Below, piece after piece: positions 46,187 to 54,569 of a stretch of 64,000 bases of DNA. This stretch comes from an uncultured Microthrixaceae bacterium (lineage in GTDB: Bacteria; Actinomycetota; Acidimicrobiia; Acidimicrobiales; DATDAH01), in contig CAZWMT010000001.1 in assembly GCA_964635055.1 (NCBI GenBank), positions 211,234 through 275,233 on the forward strand. The letters run 5' to 3'. Every line of letters begins with the position of its first letter. The first letter of the stretch is position 1. A model generated the notes under the pieces. That model saw nothing but the letters and a program-made list of their open reading frames with translations. It ran no database searches and was not told where the DNA came from. Both the position numbers and the translations under genes were made by a program.

Positions 46187-47877
46187 GGTGCCCCTCCCGC
46201 CTCGGCCAGCACACCCCCGGCGCCGCCACCGGAGGTGTCGGTGAGGGTGAGGGAGAGGCCGAAGTTGGGGGCCGTGAGCACCCCGGTGGCGGTGCGGAGG
46301 CGGGCACGGCCGCCGTCCGGGGGTGAGAGCACGACCTCGACCTGGCCGTCGGCGGACAGGGCCCGGCGAGTGCCGTCCACGGCGGGGCGGGCGTCGAGGG
46401 CGGCGGCCAGCAGGGCCAGCAACTCGGCGAAGGTGGCCGGGTCGAGGTCGGGGAGGTCGGCCAGGCGCACCGTCCCCTCGGTGGCCAGGCCCGCTCGCAC
46501 CTGGTGGTGACGGGCGAGCTCGTCGGCCTGGGCCCGCAGGCGGTGGGCGCGGTACCGATCGGGGCTGGCCACCGCCTTCGACCTTCCCCGCTGGTCGAGA
46601 CTGCCCACCGTGCGCAGCGAGGGCGCCACCTCGACGGGCTCGGTCTCGCCCCACGACCGGCGCGGCTGGCGCGCGTGGTCGTCGTCGGCGATGAGGTGGG
46701 CGTGGCGGGCGGGCCACAGGCCGAACGCGGCATGGAACAGACGGTGGGCGTCGTTCTCGGTGGGGGCCTCGGCGAACCACCCGGCCAGCACCCGAAGGTC
46801 GCGGGCGACCGACGCCGATCGTCGGCGCTCGTCCCAGCGCCGTTCGAGCACCCGCAGCAACTCGATGATGGCGGCCCGGGCCACACCGAGCAGGCCCTGC
46901 ACCCGGGCGGGCTCGGCGCCGACGGGGGCGAACCAGGCAGCGAGGGCGTCCCACCGGCGCTGCCGTTCGGCGATCCAGGCGGCGGTCGGGTCGTCACCCG
47001 CGACCGGGGCCAGGTTGGCGCCGCGGACCGCCCGGTCGAACAGCGCAGCCGTGCGACCCTCGAGGCGGCGCATGGCCCGCTCGATGCGGCGGCGGGGACG
47101 GTCGACGTCATCGACGAAGTCCTGCAGGTAGGCCACCGTGCGCTGCTTGACCTCGAGGAACACGTCTTGTCCGTCGGGTGCGTCCACCGACGCCGCGGAC
47201 GTGGGCGGGGTGGTCGAGTCGGGCTGCCCACCGTCGACACCCCCGCCGTCGGCACCCCCGCCGTCGACACCCCCGCCATCGACAGGCCCGTCGTCGGAAG
47301 GCTCGCCGCCGCTGCGCACGAGCCGCTGCAGCTGCGTGTTGAACTGGCGCACGCTGGTGACGAGGCCGGCCAGGTGGGCCTCGACCTCTTTGAGGCGCAC
47401 CCACACGGTGTTGTCGGCCCGCGGCTCGGCGGGGGCGTCGAGCAGGTCGGCGATCTCGCCGAGGGCGTCGCCGATGGCGTCGAGCACCGCGGGCTGGAGG
47501 CTGGCGACGTGGCGCAGCGACTCGAGCGCGGCGAACAGCCCCGCCACGGCGGCCTCGCCCTTCGGCGCCAGCGACCACTGGAGGTTGCGGCGCTCGAACT
47601 CCTCGGGCGTGGCGTAGGTGGCGGTGTGGTCCTGCGACACCTCGAGCAGGCCCCAGCCGGCCAGCGCCGCCAGCACGGCGACGAGCTGGTCGTCGGTGAT
47701 GGGCTCGTCCCAGCCCACCTGGCGCAGCGCCATCCGCACGCCGTCGAGGTTGAGCACCGGCGCCAGCACGCCGGCGTGCTCGAAGGCGCTCATCACCGCG
47801 ACGTGCGCGTCTCGGCGGTCGGTCGTGGTGAAGCGGAAGAGGTCCGCCTCCAGGTCTCGCCACGGCCGCAACGTCAT
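46183..47877 (-). CDS. jetA: Wadjet JetA-like protein (DUF2397/TIGR02677-type)
   Basis: 564 aa from MTLRPWRDLEADLFRFTTTDRRDAHVAVMSAFE. First gene of the four-gene operon. Confidence 0.75.
   Translation of the reverse strand: MTLRPWRDLEADLFRFTTTDRRDAHVAVMSAFEHAGVLAPVLNLDGVRMALRQVGWDEPITDDQLVAVLAALAGWGLLEVSQDHTATYATPEEFERRNLQWSLAPKGEAAVAGLFAALESLRHVASLQPAVLDAIGDALGEIADLLDAPAEPRADNTVWVRLKEVEAHLAGLVTSVRQFNTQLQRLVRSGGEPSDDGPVDGGGVDGGGADGGGVDGGQPDSTTPPTSAASVDAPDGQDVFLEVKQRTVAYLQDFVDDVDRPRRRIERAMRRLEGRTAALFDRAVRGANLAPVAGDDPTAAWIAERQRRWDALAAWFAPVGAEPARVQGLLGVARAAIIELLRVLERRWDERRRSASVARDLRVLAGWFAEAPTENDAHRLFHAAFGLWPARHAHLIADDDHARQPRRSWGETEPVEVAPSLRTVGSLDQRGRSKAVASPDRYRAHRLRAQADELARHHQVRAGLATEGTVRLADLPDLDPATFAELLALLAAALDARPAVDGTRRALSADGQVEVVLSPPDGGRARLRTATGVLTAPNFGLSLTLTDTSGGGAGGVLAEAGGAP
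47228..47302 (-). repeat. in-frame 15-nt tandem repeat (about 5 units) inside jetA
   Basis: The plus strand reads CCACCGTCGACACCC/CCGCCGTCGGCACCC/CCGCCGTCGACACCC/CCGCCATCGACAGGC. It encodes DGGGVDGGGADGGGVDGG. Confidence 0.85.
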
Positions 47878-47964
47878 GGTTCCGGATCGTAGGCAGCCGG
47901 TCTGACAGGAACGGCCACCCGCGCCGGCACCTCCGCTCAGCCTGCCAGCCGATCGACGAGAGGA

Positions 47965-48030
47965 GCCCGGTAGATCGGCGATAGGGGGGCTGCAAATCGG
48001 CGAGCGGAGGGCTGCAAATCGGCGATGGAT
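47965..48030. repeat. three 22-nt-spaced direct repeats upstream of jetA
   Basis: GGGCTGCAAATCGGCGA at 47987 and 48009, with a diverged copy GCCCGGTAGATCGGCGA at 47965. Confidence 0.65.
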
Positions 48031-48069
48031 CACCGCATGCAAGGGTGGTCGTCGAACCGCACGACCCGG

Positions 48070-48315
48070 GCGCGCCGGGCGCCCAAGATCCACTTGGCCG
48101 ACAGCGGTGTGCTGGGTTCTTACCTCGACGTGGACCCCGATGCGCTCGAGGGCGGCCCCGTCGGCCAACTGCTCGAGTGCTTCGTCGCCGGCGAGCTGCG
48201 GCGCCAGCTCGCATGGAGCGACACCGACGCCCAGCTCTTCCACTTCAGGAGCCAGGATGGCGCCGAGGTCGACCTGATCGCCGAAGACCGGCGCGGCCCT
48301 ATCGTCGGCGTCGAT
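48070..48315 (+). pseudogene. internal fragment of a DUF4143-type ATPase gene
   Basis: PKIHLADSGVLGSYLD...GQLLECFVAGELRRQL...LFHFRSQDGAEVDLIAEDRRGPIVGV parallels the C-terminal part of the intact gene at 55409-56686. It lacks the AAA domain and the last 40 or so codons. Confidence 0.55.
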
Positions 48316-49149
48316 TCAGTCGTCGAACAACGAGGGCTGGGACACCTCGGCGGTGTCACCGGAGCCGCCGCTGCTCACTTCCGCCCTGCCATCGGGCGCT
48401 CTGGCCGATGCCCGCCGCACGGACACGCCCCACCGGCGCACCTTCTCGTTGCGGTCGGTGGCCGCGAGGCGCTCCGCCGCTTCCGGCCCGTCGCGCGCCG
48501 CGAGCTTCTCGAGGGCGGCCAACCGCACCGTGCCGCTGCTCCAGGTCACGGCCAGTTCGATGGCCGCAGCACGGAGCTCGTCATCCAGGCACTCGCAGGC
48601 GTCGAGCAGACCGAGCAGCACGTGGTCGCCGGCCCGGGCCGGGTGGTGCACCACCGCGTCGAGCAGGTCGCCAGCGCCGAGGAACTGGTGGCGGATCGCC
48701 CGCTCGGCGCCCCAACGCCGCAGCGGCGGTTGGATCGGGCGGCTGACGACCACCACGGGCGCCGCCTGGCCGTTCCGCGGCGCCGGCCGCTCCACCCGGA
48801 CGGTGCCGTCACGGAGCCAGGCCGGCGGCACCGGCCAGCCGTAGTCCTCGTCGAGCACGAACTCGACCGCCAGGTCGTCGAGGCGCCCGGCCTCCACCAG
48901 ACCCGACTCCTCGATCCCCCGAATGAGCGGGCCGGTGGCTTGCCGCCACCGACGGTCGGTGCACAACAAGCCAGCGGTCCGCCACGCCTCCTCGGGGTTC
49001 TCTCGATGCAGGTGCCGGAAGACCATCTCGGCCAGCCACGAGTTGGGGGCCGACCGCACGCTGTGTGCCCGCACCAGCCACCGCCACAGGTCGTCCGGCC
49101 GGTCGGCAGCGACGACGGCGGCAAGGTCCTCCTGCGGGTCCAGCAGCAT
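48316..49149 (-). CDS. hypothetical protein with C-terminal HEAT/PBS-lyase-like repeats
   Basis: 277 aa from MLLDPQEDL. Contains VRLAALEKLAARDGPEAAERLAATDRNEKVRRW. Its ATG shares base 49149 with the upstream stop. Confidence 0.6.
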   Translation of the reverse strand: MLLDPQEDLAAVVAADRPDDLWRWLVRAHSVRSAPNSWLAEMVFRHLHRENPEEAWRTAGLLCTDRRWRQATGPLIRGIEESGLVEAGRLDDLAVEFVLDEDYGWPVPPAWLRDGTVRVERPAPRNGQAAPVVVVSRPIQPPLRRWGAERAIRHQFLGAGDLLDAVVHHPARAGDHVLLGLLDACECLDDELRAAAIELAVTWSSGTVRLAALEKLAARDGPEAAERLAATDRNEKVRRWGVSVRRASARAPDGRAEVSSGGSGDTAEVSQPSLFDD

Positions 49150-49484
49150 CAGCCGTCCACCCCCAGCCACCGGCGGTAGGCAGCCACCAGCGTGGCGGCA
49201 TGCTGATCAGGTCGCTGGAAGGCCACGTCGAGGATCGACACCCGGTGCCGGCCGCCCTCGTTCTCGACGACCGCCACCAGGCCACGGCGCTCGTCGCCAT
49301 CGAAGTCGACACCGACCACACGCACCGGCGTGCCCACCACCGTCGCGGCGAACGGGACGTCGACCTCGTCGGCGAAGGCCTGGAGGAAGCACCAGTACGG
49401 CTCGTCTCCGTAGGCGTCGACGGTGATCCTCTCGATCAGCTCGTCGAGCTCGTCGCCCTCGCCGAAGGCATCGGTCGCGGTCAC
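49149..49484 (-). CDS. small acidic hypothetical protein
   Basis: 111 aa (VTATDAFGEGDELDELIERITVDAYGDEPYW...). Its GTG lies 1 nt after the helicase stop. Confidence 0.55.
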   Translation of the reverse strand: MTATDAFGEGDELDELIERITVDAYGDEPYWCFLQAFADEVDVPFAATVVGTPVRVVGVDFDGDERRGLVAVVENEGGRHRVSILDVAFQRPDQHAATLVAAYRRWLGVDG

Positions 49485-49485
49485 G

Positions 49486-51921
49486 TCAGAAGGGGTCCAC
49501 CAGCGGCTCGTCGGGCACGGCGGACAGCTTGCCAGCCCCACGTCGGGGACGGCGTCGCCCTCGGGGCGTGTCGAAGCCGAGGCTCTGATACGCCGGCAAG
49601 CGCTTGGCGTGCATGCGGTCGAGCACGGGGATGCGCACGTCGACGTAGTCGTGCAGCTCGACGTGCACCTTGGCGTCGTGCGACCGCAGCAGGCGCCCGA
49701 CGTACTGAACCACCCGGCCCTTGAAGGCGATCGGGAACGCCAGGAACAAGGTGTCGAGCTCTGGCCAGTCGAACCCCTCGCCGAGATACGAGCCGGTGGC
49801 GACGATCACGAAGCCCGCCGCCGGGTCACGCCCCGCCACCGCGTCGGCCACCGCCGCCCGCGCCTTCTTGCCCATGCCGCCCTGGAGCACCTGGGGGTCG
49901 TCACCCAGCGAGCGCAGTGCCGCGACCAGGTGCTCGACGTGCTCCTTGCGCTGGGTGAGGACCAGACAGGTTCGCCCCTCGCTGATGGCTTGGTGCACGT
50001 CGTGGGCGATCTGCTCGGTGCGCCGGTGGTCATCGACGAGGGCCGCGAACACCTCCTGGATGTGGGCGGCGACGTCTTCGTCGACGTCGGCGGCCGTCCC
50101 GTGGACCACGAGGTCGCGCCGCACCAGCTCGGTTCCCTCCACCGTGCCCGCCTTGATCTCGTGGCGGTTCGGGCCGCAGTGGAAGGCGATGAGGGCCTCC
50201 AGCTTGTCCCGCCGGTAGGGCGTGGCGGTCAGCCCGAGCCAGCGCCGGGTCGACGCCCGCTCGACGCAGGACGCGAACGAGACCGCCGGCAGGTGGTGGC
50301 ACTCGTCCACGACGACCAGTCCGTAGCCGTCGAACCGGGCAGCGTCGTCACGGCGGGCCAGGCTCTGGATCATGGCGACGTCGACGACCCCGGTGGGCTT
50401 GTTGCGGCCGCCGCCGATCTGACCGATCCCCGACGACTCGAGCGGGTGACCGTCGAGGGCGAGATGGTCGACGAGGCGCGCCCGCCACTGGTCGACCAGC
50501 TCCATGCGGTCGACGATCACGAGGGTGGGCACCCGATGGTGGGCGATGACGGCGCACGCCATCACCGTCTTGCCGGCGCCGGGCGGCGCCACCAGCACGC
50601 CCAGCTCGTGGCCGACGAGGTCGGCCACGGCGGCCACCTGCTGCGGGCGAAGCTCGCCCTCGAACTCGAGGTCGATCGCATCAGGTTCCGGGCGGGCGTC
50701 CTCCACGACGAGCGAGCTGCCCAGGTCGGCGACGAGCGCCTCGACCCGCTCCCGCAGCCCGCGCGGCAGGTGCAGCCACTCCAAGTCCTCCCGGTAGGCG
50801 GTGATGAAGCGGGGCGTGTCCCAGGTGGAGAAGCGCATGCGCTGCTTCTCGTAGAACTCGGGGTTGGCCACCGACGCCAAGTGCTTCAAGGCGGCGACCA
50901 CCGCGGGTGGGAGGCCACGCCGCTCGATCGACAGCATCGCCCCCATCCGGGCCCGGATGACCGGTGGAGCCGGCGGCCCATCCGCCGAGGCGATCGAAGC
51001 AGCGAGGTCGGCGAAGGAGAGCGCTGGGCCCGCATCGACGGGGCGGAGGGCGTCGGCAAGGGCCTCGACCGCATCCGGTGCCATGCGGGCGATCGACGAC
51101 AGGAAGGCCCACTGGTCGGGCCAGGGCTCCAGGGTGGTGGGGTCGAGGAACACCGTCGCACCCCGCCTGGCCGCCTCGCCCTGCAGCGGGAGGGCGATCA
51201 GGTTGCCGAACCCCGCCTTGGGCAGGAAGTCCTGCGACGGGAAGAGGCGGTCGTAGCTGGCGAGGTCGAGCTCGGCACGCGCGGCCATGGCTCGCCGCAG
51301 CAGCGCAGCGCCGAGGGCGCGTGCCGTGGCCGCGGGGACGAGCCCATCGAAGAAGACCCACACGTGCGCCCCGTTCCCCGAGCGCGACCGCTCGAGCGCA
51401 GCGGGCACCCCGTGGGCGTGGCAGGCATCGAGGTAGGCCAGAGCGTCGAGCGCCCACGTCCCCTTGTCGAAGTCGCACGCCAGCAGCCCGCACGTGTCAC
51501 CCGGCACCAGCGGGTAGACCCCGATGGTCGCCTCGCCCCGGAGGTGGCGGACCAGGACGTCGTCGGTGAGCGGCAGCAGGTCGGCTGGTCTCCGCTTGGA
51601 TGACCATCCGCCGCGAGACGCCGGCGACCACCCCGACTTGCCCGTGGTGGCGTTCTCCCACCGCACGGCGTAAACGTCGGTATGGGCACAGAACAGCGAC
51701 CGCACGAGCGCCAGCTTCTCGACTGCCGGCGAAGAGCCATCGACGGCGGTCAGCCCCTGGTCGACCGCCGGCGCCGGCAGCAGCGTCGGCGCCCACGCGG
51801 CCGAATGCCCGCCCGGCTCCCGCTCATCGAGCCCGAGCAGCGCCCTCAGGCGCTGGTTCTCCGCCCGGAGGCGCTCGACCTCGGCGACCAGCTCCGCCGT
51901 CCGGGGATCGTCAACGGTCAC
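49486..51921 (-). CDS. archaeo-eukaryotic primase (PrimPol-like) domain fused to an SF2 (ResIII/DEAD-like) helicase
   Basis: AEP motifs: LACDFDKG (DxD), SGNGAHVWVFF, FGNLIALPLQG. Helicase motifs: APPGAGKT, VVDECHH, LGLTATPYRRD, QYVGRLLR. N-terminal coiled coil. Confidence 0.85.
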   Translation of the reverse strand: MTVDDPRTAELVAEVERLRAENQRLRALLGLDEREPGGHSAAWAPTLLPAPAVDQGLTAVDGSSPAVEKLALVRSLFCAHTDVYAVRWENATTGKSGWSPASRGGWSSKRRPADLLPLTDDVLVRHLRGEATIGVYPLVPGDTCGLLACDFDKGTWALDALAYLDACHAHGVPAALERSRSGNGAHVWVFFDGLVPAATARALGAALLRRAMAARAELDLASYDRLFPSQDFLPKAGFGNLIALPLQGEAARRGATVFLDPTTLEPWPDQWAFLSSIARMAPDAVEALADALRPVDAGPALSFADLAASIASADGPPAPPVIRARMGAMLSIERRGLPPAVVAALKHLASVANPEFYEKQRMRFSTWDTPRFITAYREDLEWLHLPRGLRERVEALVADLGSSLVVEDARPEPDAIDLEFEGELRPQQVAAVADLVGHELGVLVAPPGAGKTVMACAVIAHHRVPTLVIVDRMELVDQWRARLVDHLALDGHPLESSGIGQIGGGRNKPTGVVDVAMIQSLARRDDAARFDGYGLVVVDECHHLPAVSFASCVERASTRRWLGLTATPYRRDKLEALIAFHCGPNRHEIKAGTVEGTELVRRDLVVHGTAADVDEDVAAHIQEVFAALVDDHRRTEQIAHDVHQAISEGRTCLVLTQRKEHVEHLVAALRSLGDDPQVLQGGMGKKARAAVADAVAGRDPAAGFVIVATGSYLGEGFDWPELDTLFLAFPIAFKGRVVQYVGRLLRSHDAKVHVELHDYVDVRIPVLDRMHAKRLPAYQSLGFDTPRGRRRPRRGAGKLSAVPDEPLVDPF

Positions 51922-52051
51922 GGGTCACCGCCCCGCTCGTGAGCGCCGGGGCGAGGGAAGGAGCACAGCAAACCCAGGCACACGCGACGGCGCCGACCGA
52001 AGCGGAGGCGGCCGAGCGAGCGCCTGTGAACCTTGACGCCCACACAACTGG

Positions 52052-52843
52052 TCACACCCCGCTGCCGCTCAACAAGAACGCCAGGGCGGATCGGGCTGCC
52101 ACCGGTGCTGTGGCGTACTCCCAGACCCTCGCGTCATCGAGCAGGGGACGAGCACTGCGAAGCCAGCTCCGGTCCGACCGGGTGAGCTGCGCGGCCACGA
52201 CGCGCGGGTCGACGACCAGCCCACAGAGGAACGCGAGGTCCTCGGCGTGGCGAACGGAATCCACCAGTGACATCGCCGCGGCCTTGCCGACGATGGCGGC
52301 GTGGAGGTCCGGTCGAGGGACCGCCACCACCCGATCTCCCAACCGCACCGGACAGCGCCGCGGCTGGTCCAGGAGCCGCGTTCCCGCCGGCACCTCGATC
52401 GTTCGAGCCGGGGGAATGGTCGTGAGGTCGGCCCGGGCTCCGATGTGGTCAGGGGCGAGAAGGTCGACCGACAAGCCGCCCCCGGCAAAGCGGTGACCCT
52501 CACCACCGGTCGCGATCCCGACCAGGGCCAAGCCCTCGGACTCAAGAAACCGAGCGAACCTGGCGGTGCCATCCGGAATCACCCGCACATTGACGAGGGC
52601 GTCGGCGTCCGTGGTCTCGCGTCTCGTCAGCTGACCGTGCTCGAGGCCGAGGAGCAGCACCATCTGACCGCCCACGAGAACCCAGCTACCCGGAAACTGC
52701 TCCTCGAGTCGGCCGAGGAAGGTCCAGAGCTGCGGCACCAGCGCCGCTGACTCGATCGGTCTGCGATCGACGAGCGGGAACGGCTCATGTAAGGGACATC
52801 GGCACCGTGGATCCACCACGGGGCTGAGGTCCCAGGGTTGCAT
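52052..52843 (-). CDS. nucleotidyltransferase-fold protein, AbiEii-like toxin candidate
   Basis: WVLVGGQMVLLLGLEHGQLTRRETTDADALV matches hGG...D.D. 263 aa from ATG 52843; the N-terminus may be affected by the adjacent IS. Confidence 0.6.
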   Translation of the reverse strand: MQPWDLSPVVDPRCRCPLHEPFPLVDRRPIESAALVPQLWTFLGRLEEQFPGSWVLVGGQMVLLLGLEHGQLTRRETTDADALVNVRVIPDGTARFARFLESEGLALVGIATGGEGHRFAGGGLSVDLLAPDHIGARADLTTIPPARTIEVPAGTRLLDQPRRCPVRLGDRVVAVPRPDLHAAIVGKAAAMSLVDSVRHAEDLAFLCGLVVDPRVVAAQLTRSDRSWLRSARPLLDDARVWEYATAPVAARSALAFLLSGSGV

Positions 52844-52849
52844 GGTCTT

Positions 52850-54569
52850 CCCGGCTGGTCCGGGTGGTGGCGTCGAGAACGGCTCTGGGGGAGTGCCCGT
52901 GAGGGTGCTGGCCCCGTACGACTGATTGCCACACCTGGCTGGCCACGGATGCCCCGGATGAGGGAAGTGGCTTGATCCTTGGAGGTCGGAGCCGGTTGCA
53001 GCACATGAGTGGGAGCCGCGGTTGGCCGTGGTGCTCCTTGGGACCGTGGCCTGATGCGTGCGTCGCCTCTGCGGGCGAGCCGGTGGAACCGACACGACCG
53101 AAGGAGACGACATGACGAGACGGCTGGTGGGGATCGATCTGGGGATCGCGTCCGCGCACACGGTGCGGGTGCTCGACGAGACCGGCGCTGCGGTGGCCAA
53201 GCGCAAGGCGTGGCCGACCGTGGAGAGCCTGTCGGCGGTGGAGGTCGCGGCGCTGGCCGGTTGCCCGGACGGAACCCGGTTGGAGGTGGTGATGGAACCG
53301 ACGGGGCCGGCGTGGTTGCCGATCGCGGTGTTCTTCTCCGCTCGGGGCCATGTGGTGCACCGCGTGTCGTCGGCCAAGGCCGCTGATCTGCGCCGGTTCT
53401 TGTCGCGGCACACCAAGACCAACGGGATCGACGCCGACACCCTGGCCCGCCTGCCGCTGGTCGACCCGGCCGGGTTGCGGCCGTTGGTGCTGGCCGGTGA
53501 GGAGGCCGCCGCCCTGGACCGCCGGGTGCGGGCCTGTGACCGGTTGACCCGCCAGGGCGCCGAGCACAAGGTCCGGATCCGTGACCTGGTCCGCCAGGTC
53601 ATGCCCATGACCCCGCTGGGCGCGGATCTCGGGGTCGCCGACCTGGCTGTCCTCGAGCGCTACGCGGACCCGAACACCCTGGTCAGAGCCGGTGTCAAGC
53701 GGTTGACCACGCTGATCGTGAAGGCGTCGAACAACCACCAAGGCGCAGACCGGGCCGCTGAGTGGATCACCGCCGCGGAGGCGGCCATCGAGCTCTACGC
53801 CGGCCACCCCGCCGTCGCGTTCGCCGATCTCGCCGCCGAGATCGCCACCGAAGTCCGGCTCCTGCGCGCGGTCGAGGCCGAGCTCGCCGTCCACGCCGCC
53901 CAGCGCGAGCACGCCTACCGGTTCGTCGACCCGGCCGGCCTCGCCCGCAGCCTGCCTGGCGTCGCCGCCATCAGCGGGCCCGTCCTGGTCGCAGCCATCG
54001 GCGACCCGGCCCGGTTCCCCAACGCCAAAGCGTTCCGGTCCTACACCGGGCTCGCCCCACGGGCATCCGAGACCGGCGACACCGACCGCAAAGGCCAACC
54101 CACGTCCAAAGCCGGGTCGTCTCTGCTGCGCACCACCCTGGTCCGCGCCGCCGACCACGCCCGCAAGCAAGACCCCCAGCTCGCCCGCACCTACTACCTG
54201 CAGATGGTCGAGCGCGGCAAGGATCACCTCGGCGCGCTCTGCGTCGTGGCCGCCAACCTCGCCGAACGGTTCTGGGCGGTCATGAACCGCCAGATGCCCT
54301 ACCTCATCTGCGACAACGACGGCCGCCCCGTCACCGCCGACGAGGCCAAGGCCATCATCGCCCAGCACTGGACCGTGCCCGCCGAGGTCCGCGCCCGCCG
54401 GCGCAGCAAGAAGGCGGGGAAGGCCCCCCAGCAAGTGCTCACAGCACAGGCCAAGCCGAACGCTCAACGCGCCGGCACACGGGGCGACCTTCCCCGCCCA
54501 GCATCGTCCACGCCCCCGATCGATCACGTCAACCGCCGAACCGCTTGACAACCGATCCTCCATAGGGAA
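52850..54569 (+). mobile_element. IS110-family insertion sequence (boundaries approximate)
   Basis: A DEDD-type transposase gene with about 260 bp of non-coding 5' sequence and 21 bp or less of 3' sequence. It is wedged between two minus-strand genes that normally form a pair. Confidence 0.6.
53112..54548 (+). CDS. IS110-family transposase
   Basis: N-terminal LVGIDLGIASAH. C-terminal SLPGVAAISGPVLVAAIGDPARFPNAKAFRSYTGLAPRASETGD (IS116/IS110/IS902 motif). AAGGAG sits 6 nt upstream of the ATG. Confidence 0.9.
   Translation: MTRRLVGIDLGIASAHTVRVLDETGAAVAKRKAWPTVESLSAVEVAALAGCPDGTRLEVVMEPTGPAWLPIAVFFSARGHVVHRVSSAKAADLRRFLSRHTKTNGIDADTLARLPLVDPAGLRPLVLAGEEAAALDRRVRACDRLTRQGAEHKVRIRDLVRQVMPMTPLGADLGVADLAVLERYADPNTLVRAGVKRLTTLIVKASNNHQGADRAAEWITAAEAAIELYAGHPAVAFADLAAEIATEVRLLRAVEAELAVHAAQREHAYRFVDPAGLARSLPGVAAISGPVLVAAIGDPARFPNAKAFRSYTGLAPRASETGDTDRKGQPTSKAGSSLLRTTLVRAADHARKQDPQLARTYYLQMVERGKDHLGALCVVAANLAERFWAVMNRQMPYLICDNDGRPVTADEAKAIIAQHWTVPAEVRARRRSKKAGKAPQQVLTAQAKPNAQRAGTRGDLPRPASSTPPIDHVNRRTA

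Noticed and set aside
52052-53608. 518-aa minus-strand ORF extending the NTase gene upstream through the IS110 region.
   Set aside because: The upstream 255 codons are antisense to the transposase gene and its leader, and are Arg/Ser/Thr/Pro-rich. A real NTase N-terminus is expected about 40 aa before the GG...D.D motif.
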